Of a DNA stretch of 64,000 nucleotides, positions 48,798-60,369 are shown one piece after another. Where the stretch lies: NCBI RefSeq assembly GCF_963921235.1, contig NC_086097.1, forward strand, positions 77,750,001-77,814,000, given 5' to 3'. The notes beneath the pieces are model-generated. The model made no database searches. It was not told where the DNA came from and saw only the letters and a list, made by a program, of their open reading frames with translations. Position numbers and translations under genes: made by a program. Each line of letters begins with the position of its first letter. The first letter of the stretch is position 1. This stretch comes from Mobula hypostoma. Its lineage: Eukaryota.

Positions 48798-49036
48798 ATT
48801 TTTAAAGATCTTTATCTTTAAAGAAATGTGTCCCCAACAGGTAGTCCAGATGTTTATCCACAAGTTATTTTGACTGACACATTTTATTAAAAAATTCATT
48901 TTAAATAGTTAATAATGTGGAATTCAATTTACGCAATAGCAAATTAGATACTGATTATAATCCAGAAATAAAGACACACCTACCAAAAAACCTTTAAAAC
49001 AGTAACAAAAATATTGTTGAAATTTTAGCATACACG

Positions 49037-49653
49037 TGTAACGCTCAGTTATATTGGCTCGTATATGTCTAGGGGAAATCCCACCCAGCACCGGCCTGAA
49101 CACTTCCCACGGAGTCGGTCGCTGTACCGCTGCCGCCCGAATCAATCCCAGACATCAATCATCAGCCAGCACACACAGTACATTTTACCAAGTACACTTT
49201 ATAGATATTTCTAAGTCTATGACATTAATATAAATTTGATACAGAAAAGGAAGTAATGAAAAAAAAGGCGCCAAGACTTATCAAAGTCCAAGTTCTTCGT
49301 GCGCAACTGTTGGAGCTCAGTCAATTCCTGACGACCACCCGGATCCAGTCGACCCACGGCTTGGGACCACCCAAAGTGATCGACTGGAGCCTTTCCGCAT
49401 GTCCGCCGTCCTCCCCATCTCTCCTGTGACTCCTCGCCAAAAACCCCGTTCCCAGTCATATAAGACAGCATTATCATCCGAAAAAAAAATGATACATGAA
49501 CACCCATTGGCTAATAGCACCCTGCTGTCTGTATTAACCCAAGCAAATGTCGACTTTCTCAGCATTTAACATAACAAAGAAGCATTCCCCAGTATAACAT
49601 AACAAAGAAGCCATTTTAAATTTAACATACAAAAAAAAGAAAGATCCCGTACA
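49037..49653 (-). mobile_element. Solo LTR (617 bp), TSD CACG
   Basis: TGTAAC...GTACA termini, CACG on both sides; related to 14416-15107. Confidence 0.88.
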
Positions 49654-49702
49654 CACGTTTTGCATATAACTATCATATTGGGATATATTTACAGGCACGA
49701 GT

Positions 49703-51206
49703 TGTCATGGTCCGGATCGGGGGCCCTTTAAATTTACCTTGTTTATGTTACGATCCGGACCATTGATTCCCTGTTTCCCCGTGTCCCTCGGCTTTGGCGA
49801 TTCGAGGCAATTAATGCTCGGCTGAACCGGTAGTTTATAGTCTCCGGCTTTCAGCCGTATGGCGCGAGAGCATCTGCAAAGTTATCAAAGGCACGGTGTG
49901 CCGATGTCATCTGGCCGGAGCAAGCCTAGTCTCTGTCGAAGCGTGTGCCAGTAATTTGCCCTTCCTCACCGGAGCAACTCTGTCCAGTTACCTCGCCAAA
50001 GCGAGCCTGCAAAGTTTTCTCAGCAAGGTAGGTCTGTCAGTTAACCCGCCGGAGGGAATCAAGAACCGCTGTCTACTGTTCCCGGGCTGAGTCGAGAGCT
50101 CGCCAATACCTGGACGTTCCAAGTCAAGTCCTGGCCCTGGCGGTCTGTGATTCCTGTCCTACGCCCTTGTCTGCACTCGAGCTCCAAGTCAAGTCCTGGC
50201 CCTGGCGGCATTCAAGCACCAAGTCAAGTCCTGGCCCTGGGGGCATTCAAGTACCAAGTCAAGTCCTGGTCCTGGCGGCATTCAAGTACCAAGTCAAGTC
50301 CTGGTCCTGGCGGTTTCCCAGTTCTGAGTCAAGTCCTGGCCCTGGTGGTCTGTGATTCCTGTCCTACCCCCTTGTCTGAATCCCTTCTCTGCCCCTCTCA
50401 CCTCTAGCCCTCGTCTGCAGCCGCCTGCACTTCAGTCTAGTTCCATCACCGGAGCTAGATAGATACTGTCTGGTGTTCATTCGTGTTGGTCTTGTCTTGT
50501 CTTGTCCTCACCTCCGTGGGGTAAGTCAGACCATCTTGCTATTGCCCCGCGGGGAGTCATGTCTTGTCTTGTCTTGTCCTCGCCTCCGTGGGGTAAGTCA
50601 GGCTGTCTTGCCGTTGCCCCGTGGGGGGTCATGTCTTGTCATGTCTTGTCCTCGCCTCCGTGGGGTAGGTCAGGCTGTCTTGTCGTTGCCCCGCGGAGGG
50701 TCATGAGTCCCGGCCCTATGTCCTGTACCCAAGGAGGGGTCCCAGCTCTCTGTTCTGTGTGTGAGTCCCGGCCCTATGTCCTGTACCCAAGGAGAGGTCC
50801 CGACTCTGTGTTCTTTCTATGTGTCCATGGTTCCATGTACCTGCTCCCCGAGACCGAGGCTCTGTGTTCCCATGTTCCTCCTCTCCCTAGCCCATGTCAT
50901 GTCCTTGCCTGGTTCTGGGGTCCGAGCCCGAAGCAAGACCCAGGTACTGGGTCCTTGCCCAGTCTCTGGCTCGGAGACCATACCCTAGCCTCTTCATGTC
51001 TCCTCTAGTTCAGGGAGCCGATTCCGAGTCCTAGCCCAGACCCTTGGTCCCAGCCTAGTCGTAGTCCTCAGTCCTTGTTCAGTTCACTATTCCTACTCCT
51101 GCCTTGCTCTCCTGGTTTCAAACAATAAACTAAATTTAAGTAACCTCACAAGATGTGTCTTGCATTTGGGTCCACCCTTGCTCCCAATGCCCCCGCCATT
51201 GTGACA
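49703..51206 (+). mobile_element. Solo LTR (1504 bp), TSD CGAGT/GGAGT, with tandem arrays
   Basis: TGTCATGGTCC...TTGTGACA termini as at 24130; shared ~60-bp repeat unit and terminal block. Confidence 0.9.
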
Positions 51207-51584
51207 GGAGTATGATAATTATTTTTTTCTAAACGGTTCTGAATTTTATATTGTTTTCCAGGCAGCAAAATGCAAGTTATTTGAGATGAAATGTCAGACT
51301 AATATTTGCAGTCAGAGATGAGCTCTTGCCAATAATTTACTCTTTAACTTTGATACGTTAGGAAAGTGTTTATTTAGATGTATCCAGCCTTAGTTTCACC
51401 TAGTCTTCCTGGACAAAAGCCCAGGCAGTGCCTATCTCCAGCCTATGACCTGGGTGTCTATGAATGGTGACAATCAATTGGCATACTAGTATTTGATTTT
51501 CATAAGTGCCCATTAGATGAAATGAAGAATTACAGGCTTCAGTTGACCTAATGAAGCCTGTATATGTCCAACGTCTAAACTCTA

Positions 51585-51910
51585 AAAATTTTTGAGTCAT
51601 GGTATACAGCATGGAAATTGGCCCCATAGACCACTGTGGTTTGCCAGCTATCAAATACCCATCTGTAATAATCCCTATTTCTAATCATGAAAACATCATC
51701 CTCTAAGCCAAGTCTTTTCAATTGCTTACATGAATATTCTTGAAATGTTATGAGTTTACCTGCTTCCATCACCATCTCAGAGAGAACAATCTAATTTCAT
51801 CCACCCTCTGGGTGAAAGCAATTTGTCTTCAAATCCCAACTAAATTTTCTATCCCTTAGATTAAACTTAAGATTGCTGGTTATGGACAAGATGAGTTTCT
51901 CAATGTTTAC
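51585..51910 (-). mobile_element. Decayed CR1 3' end
   Basis: Minus-strand FTQRV..E..MEAG motif; a tail-like sequence near 51595. Confidence 0.55.
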
Positions 51911-53629
51911 ACTGTGATGGATATTAATTTCCAGGGCTGGGGTTCTCTTGTTTTTGCCAAGCTTAGCTTTCTAAACACACGCAGCTGCCACTTGTAAAGA
52001 TCAAACAGTTGTAAGTTAAACTCCCAACTACATTCTTTGTTTAGCTGCTGGTTAGAAACGGGAGCCAATCTTCAGTTTTTTTAGTGTAAATGGCAATCAA
52101 TAATCAGTTTGAAGTTAAAGGGACAGCTTTGCAAACAGACGCACTGTATATAGAAAGTAGGATGTTGAGTCACAGTACCTGGACTGACTTCTCAAGAGGT
52201 GCAGTGTAATTAATGTGCCCAAATCAATGGGCACATTAATTTGGCTTGTTTCAAAACCAGACAAGAAGGGTAATAGACCAGATGGATAATATCATTTTGC
52301 ATATCAAACTGCTGATCTGTTAATAGTTGGGAAGCTTGTATGCTCAGAGTCAGCTTCACAACACTAATTATGAGCGTCTGGATATTGTTTAAAATGGGTA
52401 TCTGCGGAAATATCATATGCATGTAAAGTCACCCAACAAGCAAACAAAAGCCATATATATGAAGAAAGACGATATATATGAAGAGAGCGGTTCAGAATTA
52501 TTAGGAATAGAGTTAGAAACATAAACAAGAATGTCAGAAACACAGGGTGAACTAAAATCTATTCCTTTGTCTTTGATTTCTGCATTGGAGGATTTGTTCA
52601 CCTGCATCATAGGTATGTCTTTTTAGCTCCTAGGAATTGTACCTGTGTTTTGAAATCATTTGAGTTTCAGAAATAGTTTATAATTTGGAAGCCTTTTATA
52701 AGATAGAAATCATCTCTGAGTTTTCAGTATGTTATAAGAATGTTACTTGAAGTTAAGCATCTATTACTGAAAATTAATGAACTGTATTTAAGCTACTTTG
52801 TTATCTAGAAGTATCTTTTCCTAGTAGGGAAGAGGGGTTCACTGCTCCAATAGTGGGTATTGGCAGCTAAACTCACTGTGGAGAATAAACAGGGATGACT
52901 AACCTTTGAAGATTGAGTAATTACAGTATAATCTCCCTTTAGTGAGTGTACCCATAGCTATTTATATTGGACAGGTCTAAAGATCTCGCCTTGAGTTTAG
53001 AACTTCATGTCACCAAATCCAATACTATCACATAACATGTATGTCCCTCATAGCTTTGTATCAGCATCAGCTTTATTATCAACATCTTGTATGACATGAA
53101 ATTCATTCTGCAGCAGTAAAACAGTGCAAATGATAGAGTAGAGTATCTTTCTAGCAGCAACCACCCTCGTCCCCAATGTTCTCTATACCAGAGGAAACAA
53201 ACCCAGCCAATACTGTCCTGTCCTCAGAGCGGCAATGCTCTCTCCCAGTCAACATCTTGGTAAAGCTCCTCCATACCCTCTCCAATGCACAGAAGCCAAC
53301 AATGTGATATGGCCACTTGGTAAAATAGACATGACATAGTTAAGATATGACTAACTCCAGCCATACTTTCTTTCGTTGCTTTTCCATCATCAGCTGTGCA
53401 CTGAACTTCATGACATGGTCAAACACTTATCATTTCTGCTGCTCAAAGATTCTCTCACTATTTGTGCAAGCTGAATGGTATTTGAGTTTCTTGATTCAAG
53501 CATAAAGCTGTCCTAACACCAAAACACTTTTATCAAAATAACTAACTGTGTGAAACAAGGTGAAGCCTTCAGCTTTGAAATTTGATTATGCTTTTCATTT
53601 CTTATTCAACTACAAACCACACTTGGGAC

Positions 53630-54335
53630 TATCACGAGTGTCCTGACCGACAGCATCACTGTCTGTTATGGGAATTGCAAGACAGCTGACCGCAAGTCCC
53701 TACAAAGGATTAAAATGACTGCTAAGAGAACTTTTGGGGTCTCTCTTTCACCCATCAGAGGTTCTTAACAAGACCAGGATTCTTAGCATTGTCAATGACC
53801 TTTCAAATCCATCCAACAATTTTTTTGACACCCTACCATCAGGCAAGAGGTACTGTAGCATCAGGACAAGAACTGTCAGGACGGGAAACAGCTTCTTTCT
53901 CAGGCTGAAAGACCACTGAACTCCCTGCCACCGCCCAGTTCTTATCACGTATGAAGTGCCAGTAGCGTTATATTGCTTTCTTTTTAACTTGTGTCATAAA
54001 TGTACTTTATTATTTGTCATAAGTCCATAAGACCATAAGACAAAGGAGCAGAAGTCGGCCATTCGGTCCAGCGAGTCTGCTCCGCCATTTTATCATGAGC
54101 TAATCCGTTCTCCCATTTAGTCCCGCTCCCCCACCTTCTCACCATAACCTATGACCCCCTGGCTACTCAGATACCTATCAATATCAATTTACTTGTGGTA
54201 ATTTTACTTTATGTGTTATGTCTATGAGTTATATGTACTGTGTCGTATACCTTGGTCCAGAGGAACTTTGTTTCGTTTGGCGGTATACATGTGTATGGTT
54301 GAATGACAATAAACTGTAGTTGAATTTGAATTTGA
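53630..54335 (+). mobile_element. Rex1/Babar 3' fragment with an antisense CR1 tail inserted at ~54018-54180
   Basis: FDTLPSGKRYCSIRTRT.R.GNSFF; GACAATAAAC + (TTGAA) tail. Confidence 0.8.
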
Positions 54336-56218
54336 TTTGTTAGCCAGATGGTGCTATAACTGCTCTGATTTACAAATGAGAATGAGAGTTGTTTTTATGC
54401 AGACAACAGTGGCAATGTGGAGAGCTTCTCTGCACGAGCATCTCTAGCAATTTTCATATCTATGCTGTTAGGTAACACTTCATGTTCATATTCTGCTTGT
54501 AAATATAAAATATTTCCTCTGTGACACTTCCAAAGATAAAACTTTTAGAGTGGGAAAGACAATTACAACCTTTCACTGATATTGATATGTAGGATATACC
54601 AGTGGCAACACTACTTTGATTTCAGGCAATAAGCACTTCCTAGGAAGAGCTTATCATAATCATAATAAATGGTTTTACATAAAAGCTCCAAAGCAACCAG
54701 CTATGCATCAACTTTTCAATTTTTAGAGAACAATTTGAAAAGGTCTGTAGATAAGGAGATTTGCAATTCACAGCTGTTGCTATTGCACAATGTGGACCAC
54801 GGATTACAAGTGAATGGTCCACTGGTCAGATTACCCACTACAGTTGCCACAAGCATTGGAGACTGCCTGAGTCTGCTCGGTTTGAAATATGTACAATCCC
54901 TGAATAAGATTAATCAAGATTATATTAGGCATCCCACATGCCTCATGTACCACACTTCAAGGTGTATTTAAAGCTGAAATTCATTTTGGACATTCGGACA
55001 TGTGGTGAGAGTCCATCAGCAAGACATTTCTTAGTTCAAAAACAAATTTCACCACTTTTCAGCCCAAAGTCAGCAGTCCACATCTTGAGCCTACGCGGCA
55101 AAAGGCAAACTTCCAAACAGAGGGAATGAGTATAAGTGGAAGATCCCAGATGATTATATATAAAATAAAAGCATAATTTATAAAACCTGGTGAGCTTTTT
55201 CCTTCTCACATAACAATTTCTCCATTTGAAACTCACTTCCAAATATTCTTAATTGATTTAAACACTTCTCTCAAAATAATTTCTGGACAATATCATATTT
55301 AGCTTAAAGATCATGCAATATAATTTTTCAAACATAAAACATCAATATAAAATACAATGAAGGCCAGAGAGTCGAAAGGTTGAGTTACACTTTTGAAGGA
55401 ATGACTGAATGAGTTTTGGCAGTCTCTACATGGCTCACAGTGGAAAGAATTCCAAACATTGCACTAATTCTGCTTCTAATTAACCAGAGAAGTCCTAGGG
55501 AACATGAGTGTTCAAGGATGCTGCAATCTTTATCCCCAAAGCTCACTCCAGGACTCCAATGCAAAAATAATAAGTCGTCTCTAAGTGTGCTACTAAGGTT
55601 TTACAATAATAGTGGAAAGGAATTTTCTTCTTCCAACACAAGGTAAAGGGATTTATAATAAAAGCCATGTCCATACCTGTTAGCATCAGCAAAAATACCC
55701 TGACTTGAACAAATACCTCTCCATCAGCTAATGTCAAGGGATATAGTCAATTAGCCATCCAATCTGAAGAACTAAGCACAGAAATCCGAAAAGTATTCCT
55801 AAAAAATTATATCGTTCTTCAGCTGAATAAAACCTGGAGAAATTTGCAGATTGCTCATGCAGATGTACAAGAATAATTCAAAATGGAAAATCGTATTTTA
55901 GACATAACAGGACTGGAAAATAAAAGGATCAAATACATACTTCATTTCTAATAAGTCTTAATCAGGTTTCAGTAGGTGTACAGCATCCAGCTTTGCCTGT
56001 CACATATCAGAGGCAACATGCTAATCTTAAATAAGGTGCAATGTAGATTTAATAGAACAATCTCAGAAGAGGACAGATTGTGCAAGGTTGGTCTATACAC
56101 ATTCAGTCAACAATATTGAGAGGAAGAACTGATCAATGTATTTAAAATAATGAAAGCGTTTGACAAAATTTCTTTTCATGAGAGATATTTTTGTCCAGGG
56201 TAATTAGTGACAGGAATT

Positions 56219-56615
56219 TACATGCATGGGCCTCCGTTGGTCAGCGTTGACCAATGATATTGCATCCTAGCTATCTAGATACGCAAGCCTGGACAGTACG
56301 AGATGGAGAGCAAGCTGTTTTCCATGTAGCAAGCTTCCCCTCTCCACACACCTGATGAACCCAAAGGAACAGGAGAGACAGATACAGTTTTGTACCAGCA
56401 GCGTCGCAGGAGTTGCCAGTCAGCATTGAACTCAATGTAGGAATGCCTTAGGGACTCCAGCTCCGGATTTACACCTGAAGTCTTCCCCATGAAGGCTTGC
56501 AGGTACAGCCGCAAGTCAGTGGAGGTTTAAGATCAATGTTTTCCTTCTTCTGGATGAGCTGCCAACTACGGCTGATGAGCTCCACCCGTCCAAAGGGACT
56601 GGTTTTAAGGCACCT
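56219..56615 (-). mobile_element. RTE-derived non-autonomous element inside a CR1 3' remnant, 7-bp TSD
   Basis: AGGAATT on both sides. Minus-strand GGCAGCTCATCCAGAAGAAGGAAAAC resembles an RTE 5'UTR motif as recalled. Confidence 0.6.
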
Positions 56616-57235
56616 AGGAATTAATCACAATATTAATACTCAGGTGTGAAATCAGGAAGAACTGTCCCACAAAAGAATAGAAGAATTCTGTTCCTCACAA
56701 GATAGAGGAGACTAAGTCAATTACATCTTCTGAAACAGTGATTGATGGATTAATATTACCATTAAAAACTAGGCGAATGAAGCTGATGCAGAGATCAGCT
56801 TTGAACAAACTGAATGGTGGAGCAGGCAAGGGACTCGGTGGACAGCTCGTGTTCTTTAGCTCCTAAATGCTGATCTCTTTCTGAGAAACTTCCATTACTG
56901 AAGGTTCAATCCAACAGGAGACAATCTGGGCACAGTGTGCCTTCTCTGTAGTCATAACTTAGATGCATAGTCAATATCTAGGGATGTTTTGAACCACAAT
57001 CTGCATTGGCAACTAGATTCGGAAATGAAGAAATCACTATTGAGTTTTAAATGAACTAGGGACATTTTTTCAGAAGTTGTGCAAGCTGTCCAAAAAACTA
57101 AAACAAACAACTCAGATTCACAGCTATACAGTGCAGATGGGTAAACATTCAGCGCAAAACTCCAGGGCTAGGGTTGAGTAGGCAAGTAAAAGGTGATGAA
57201 CTTAAATAAATGAAAACCAGCGACTTAATCTCATT

Positions 57236-57930
57236 AAGGTTCAAATTTCAAGTACACTTATTATCAAAGTATGTATAAATTATGCAACTTCGAGATTAAT
57301 CTTCTTACAGCCACAAAACAAAGTACCCATAAAAAAAGACCATCAAACACCCAATATGCAGAGAGAGAAAAAAAAACAAATTGTACGAACAATAAAATTA
57401 AGCAAATAGCATTCAGAACAAAAATGATTCCATTGACATGAAGCCCAGTGCAGACAGAGCAAGCCACAGTTTCAGCTTTAGTTCAGCACAGAGCTGAGTG
57501 AACATCACAGAGCCCGAAGTAGCCAGAGCAGGCCACAGCCAAAGCCTTAGTTCAGTACTGAGCCGAGTAAAGGTCTGGCATTTAGATTGATCAAACCTCG
57601 CTCTGGGTTTAGGTTGATGGGCCTTGAATCTGCCTCTCATCTGCTCTGACTTTGCTCCACACCGCTCGCCCTGATTTTGCCTCAAATATGCCTTGACCTC
57701 ACCCCAACTTTGCCTCAAACATACCTCAACCTTGCCTCAACTTTGCCTCAACTTCGCTTCGACCCTCAGCTCAGCCTTGCCTTCGCTCACCTCTCTATTG
57801 TTTTCAGTGATCATTTACCATAAATTTTACAAGAAAAAGTGTTTTTAATAAAGTAGTTAGTTGTTTTCTTTGTCTTGTTTACTGCCAGTAAGAGACCACT
57901 GGGCTTCACAGGTGCCATCTTAAACCAGAG
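57236..57930 (-). mobile_element. ORF-less non-autonomous retroelement with a Rex-type tail
   Basis: Minus strand starts CTCTGGTTTAAGATGGCACC and ends AATCTCGAAGTTGCATAA..GATAATAAG..TTGAAATTTGAACC; internal TTGCCTCAA repeats; ATCTCA on both flanks. Confidence 0.55.
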
Positions 57931-58959
57931 ATCTCACCCAATAATGATAATGCTCTAGATTTAAAACAAAACACAATGCTCACAGCACAATGAATACTAA
58001 AAATAGTGACAAATTAATGGGAAAAATGTTTTCTTAATTAAGTGATTCATGATTTGATTTTTTAGAATAGGTATTTTATTGTAGGATTATGTTTCCTAGT
58101 GCAGTCATAAAATGCACCGAGATGTTCAAGAGGATGATGAAGAACCCAATTCTGGGACTGATATCATCTGTCAATCAAGGAGTTATAATGGAAGTTAGTC
58201 ACTTATATTATTTTGTAGAAAATAAAATGTAACGACACAATTAGCAAATGAGTTTCATTAAGGTGAAGTGAACCAATAGTTCCTTGGTAGAGTTCAGACT
58301 TGGGTTAAATCACTGATATTAAGCTAATTTGCCAAATAGTCTGTGTTTTCCCATTGAAAACATAGTGCTGAATGCTAGATCCTGAAACACAGTCTCCCAT
58401 TGTATTAAGTAGAACCAGATTCAAATATAGTTATTTCATATAAATTTTCATAACATTTTTCCATTTAAATTAAAAGGATTATATAAAGATTTATGGCATG
58501 AAACCTGTGCCAGTGTTAAATATTGAAAGAATATCAGACACTTATTCGATACTAGCAGTTAAGAGGAATTAAATGAACTGATTGGGACAATCCTACTAGA
58601 AGATCACATGGAAATCTTATTGTGCCTTTTGTAACTCCTACAACTTAATTGCAAAATCTTTTCTCCAACACTGTCCCCCACACCACTCCCACCAAGACCT
58701 AAATTGTTTCAAGTTATTCACTTGAATGGACAATGAATCATTAAAATAATAGTTACTTCAAATTTCAAAATTCAGCATTTCATGTAGATATGCTCAATAG
58801 CTGGACAGGCTTCTACTGCATACAGGCAGGTTTTAAAACTACACTAATTTAAATTGTAAATTCGGACATTATTCACTATTCACATTTAAACAGAAAAGAG
58901 GGGAGTAGAAATATTTTTCACAATGAAAATCCCTCACAAAATACATATAGAGCCAATAC

Positions 58960-59130
58960 TATTGAAGTTCAAACACTGCTGGACTTGTGGATTAGTCATA
59001 GCCAATTTAGGCATAGCAAGGTCCCAAAAAATCAGGGTGGTGCTGATCAGAAAATTCACATTTTGGTGAAGGAATAAGTATTAGGCTGTTGGAACTTCTT
59101 TGCTTTCTCAGTCCAAGGTAAACCTAACTG
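58960..59130 (-). mobile_element. Ancient DeuSINE-like remnant
   Basis: AGCCAATTTAGGCATAGCAAGGTCCCA..GAAGGAATAAGTATTAGGC resembles the antisense Deu domain as recalled. Confidence 0.45.
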
Positions 59131-59139
59131 CCCTCCATA

Positions 59140-59573
59140 TGAGGGGTGATTGATAAGTTCGTAGCCTAAGGTAGAAGAAGTCAATTTTAGAAAACCTAGC
59201 ACATTTATTTTTCACCACTGCTGTGGACCTCCAGGTGGTCCAGAGCAGGGGTGATTGATAAGTTCGTGGCCTAAGGCAGAAGGAGATGAGTTATACAGCT
59301 CTCATTACATGCACGTGCAGTTCAACTCTTTGGGTGAAAATGCAGAAAGTTTGAAGTTTCTCGTCATCCCGCTCTACTTTAGGCCACAAACTTATCAATC
59401 ACCCCTCCTGTGGACCACTTCTGGAGGTCCAAGACCTCGACTTCTACAAAGAAGGGACCCGTATGCTCCACAACCACTGGACTAACTGTGCAAGTGTAGG
59501 AAAAATAAATGTGCTAAGTTTTCTAAAATTAACTCCTTCTACCATAGGCCACGAACTTATCAATTGCCCCTCA
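59140..59573. mobile_element. Mariner-derived MITE with nested double TIR pairs
   Basis: TA-flanked ~72-bp TIRs TGAGGGGTGATTGATAAGTTCGT.GCCTA..; an inner TIR pair; mariner C-terminal remnant DFYKEG.RMLH..WT.C. Confidence 0.9.
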
Positions 59574-59737
59574 TACATGGAAATCAGGATGTCCAAATCA
59601 TAGAAGACATTTTTGAGACAATTTCAGACATAATAGTTCCAGCTTATGATTAAAAAAAACCTTTTGAGCAGAACACTAGGCATTTATTTGAACATGTTGA
59701 TTGTAGAATCACATTAGCTGAGCTGCTATAAATTTGT

Positions 59738-59969
59738 CTGTCTGTCTGTCGAGGTACCATATTCGATGCGGACTTTGGTGACCATGGTTTTCCATATAGA
59801 GCTATCCTTTGTTTTTTGGATGACTTCCATTTCCTCGATGTGTAGCTACCTGGCTATGCTTTTGATGTACATAAGCCGAGGTCTTCCTCTAGGTTTACTC
59901 CCTTAATTTTTCCAGAGAGTATGAGTTTTTCTAGTTCATCTTTCCGCATGATGTGGCCTAGGAATCTGA
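59738..59969 (-). mobile_element. RTE LINE 3' end, 10-bp TSD
   Basis: FLGHIMRKDELEKLILSGK..PRGRPR; (AGAC)n tail; ATAAATTTGT at 59728-59737 and 59970-59979. Confidence 0.88.
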
Positions 59970-60369
59970 ATAAATTTGTAAGCAACCAAATTTAATTTTT
60001 TTTTAAAATTCTGCTACATTTATTTACAACCAGTAGAAAATGTGCACACAATGCTGTTGCTTAGGTATTTTCTAGTAATTATGGAAAATGTAGTGACATC
60101 AATATTTTCAAAAAAACTGAATATATTCATAATCAGTACTCATTCCCATAACATTTTGTTAACTATTTTTTAAGTTTTCAAGATTACAAGTTATGAGTGA
60201 GGGTGAGGTATGATTCGACAGCTTATCCAAATAGAGTTTGTATGTCATATTGTAGGAGCAGTGGGGAGGGGGTTATGGTGGGGGGAGCAGTTTCCATTTG
60301 GGGAGCAATGTGGTTAAGCCAGCTTGGTAGAGGGTTAAGAAGCTCCAAGTTGCAATTTGGTTAATAGAA

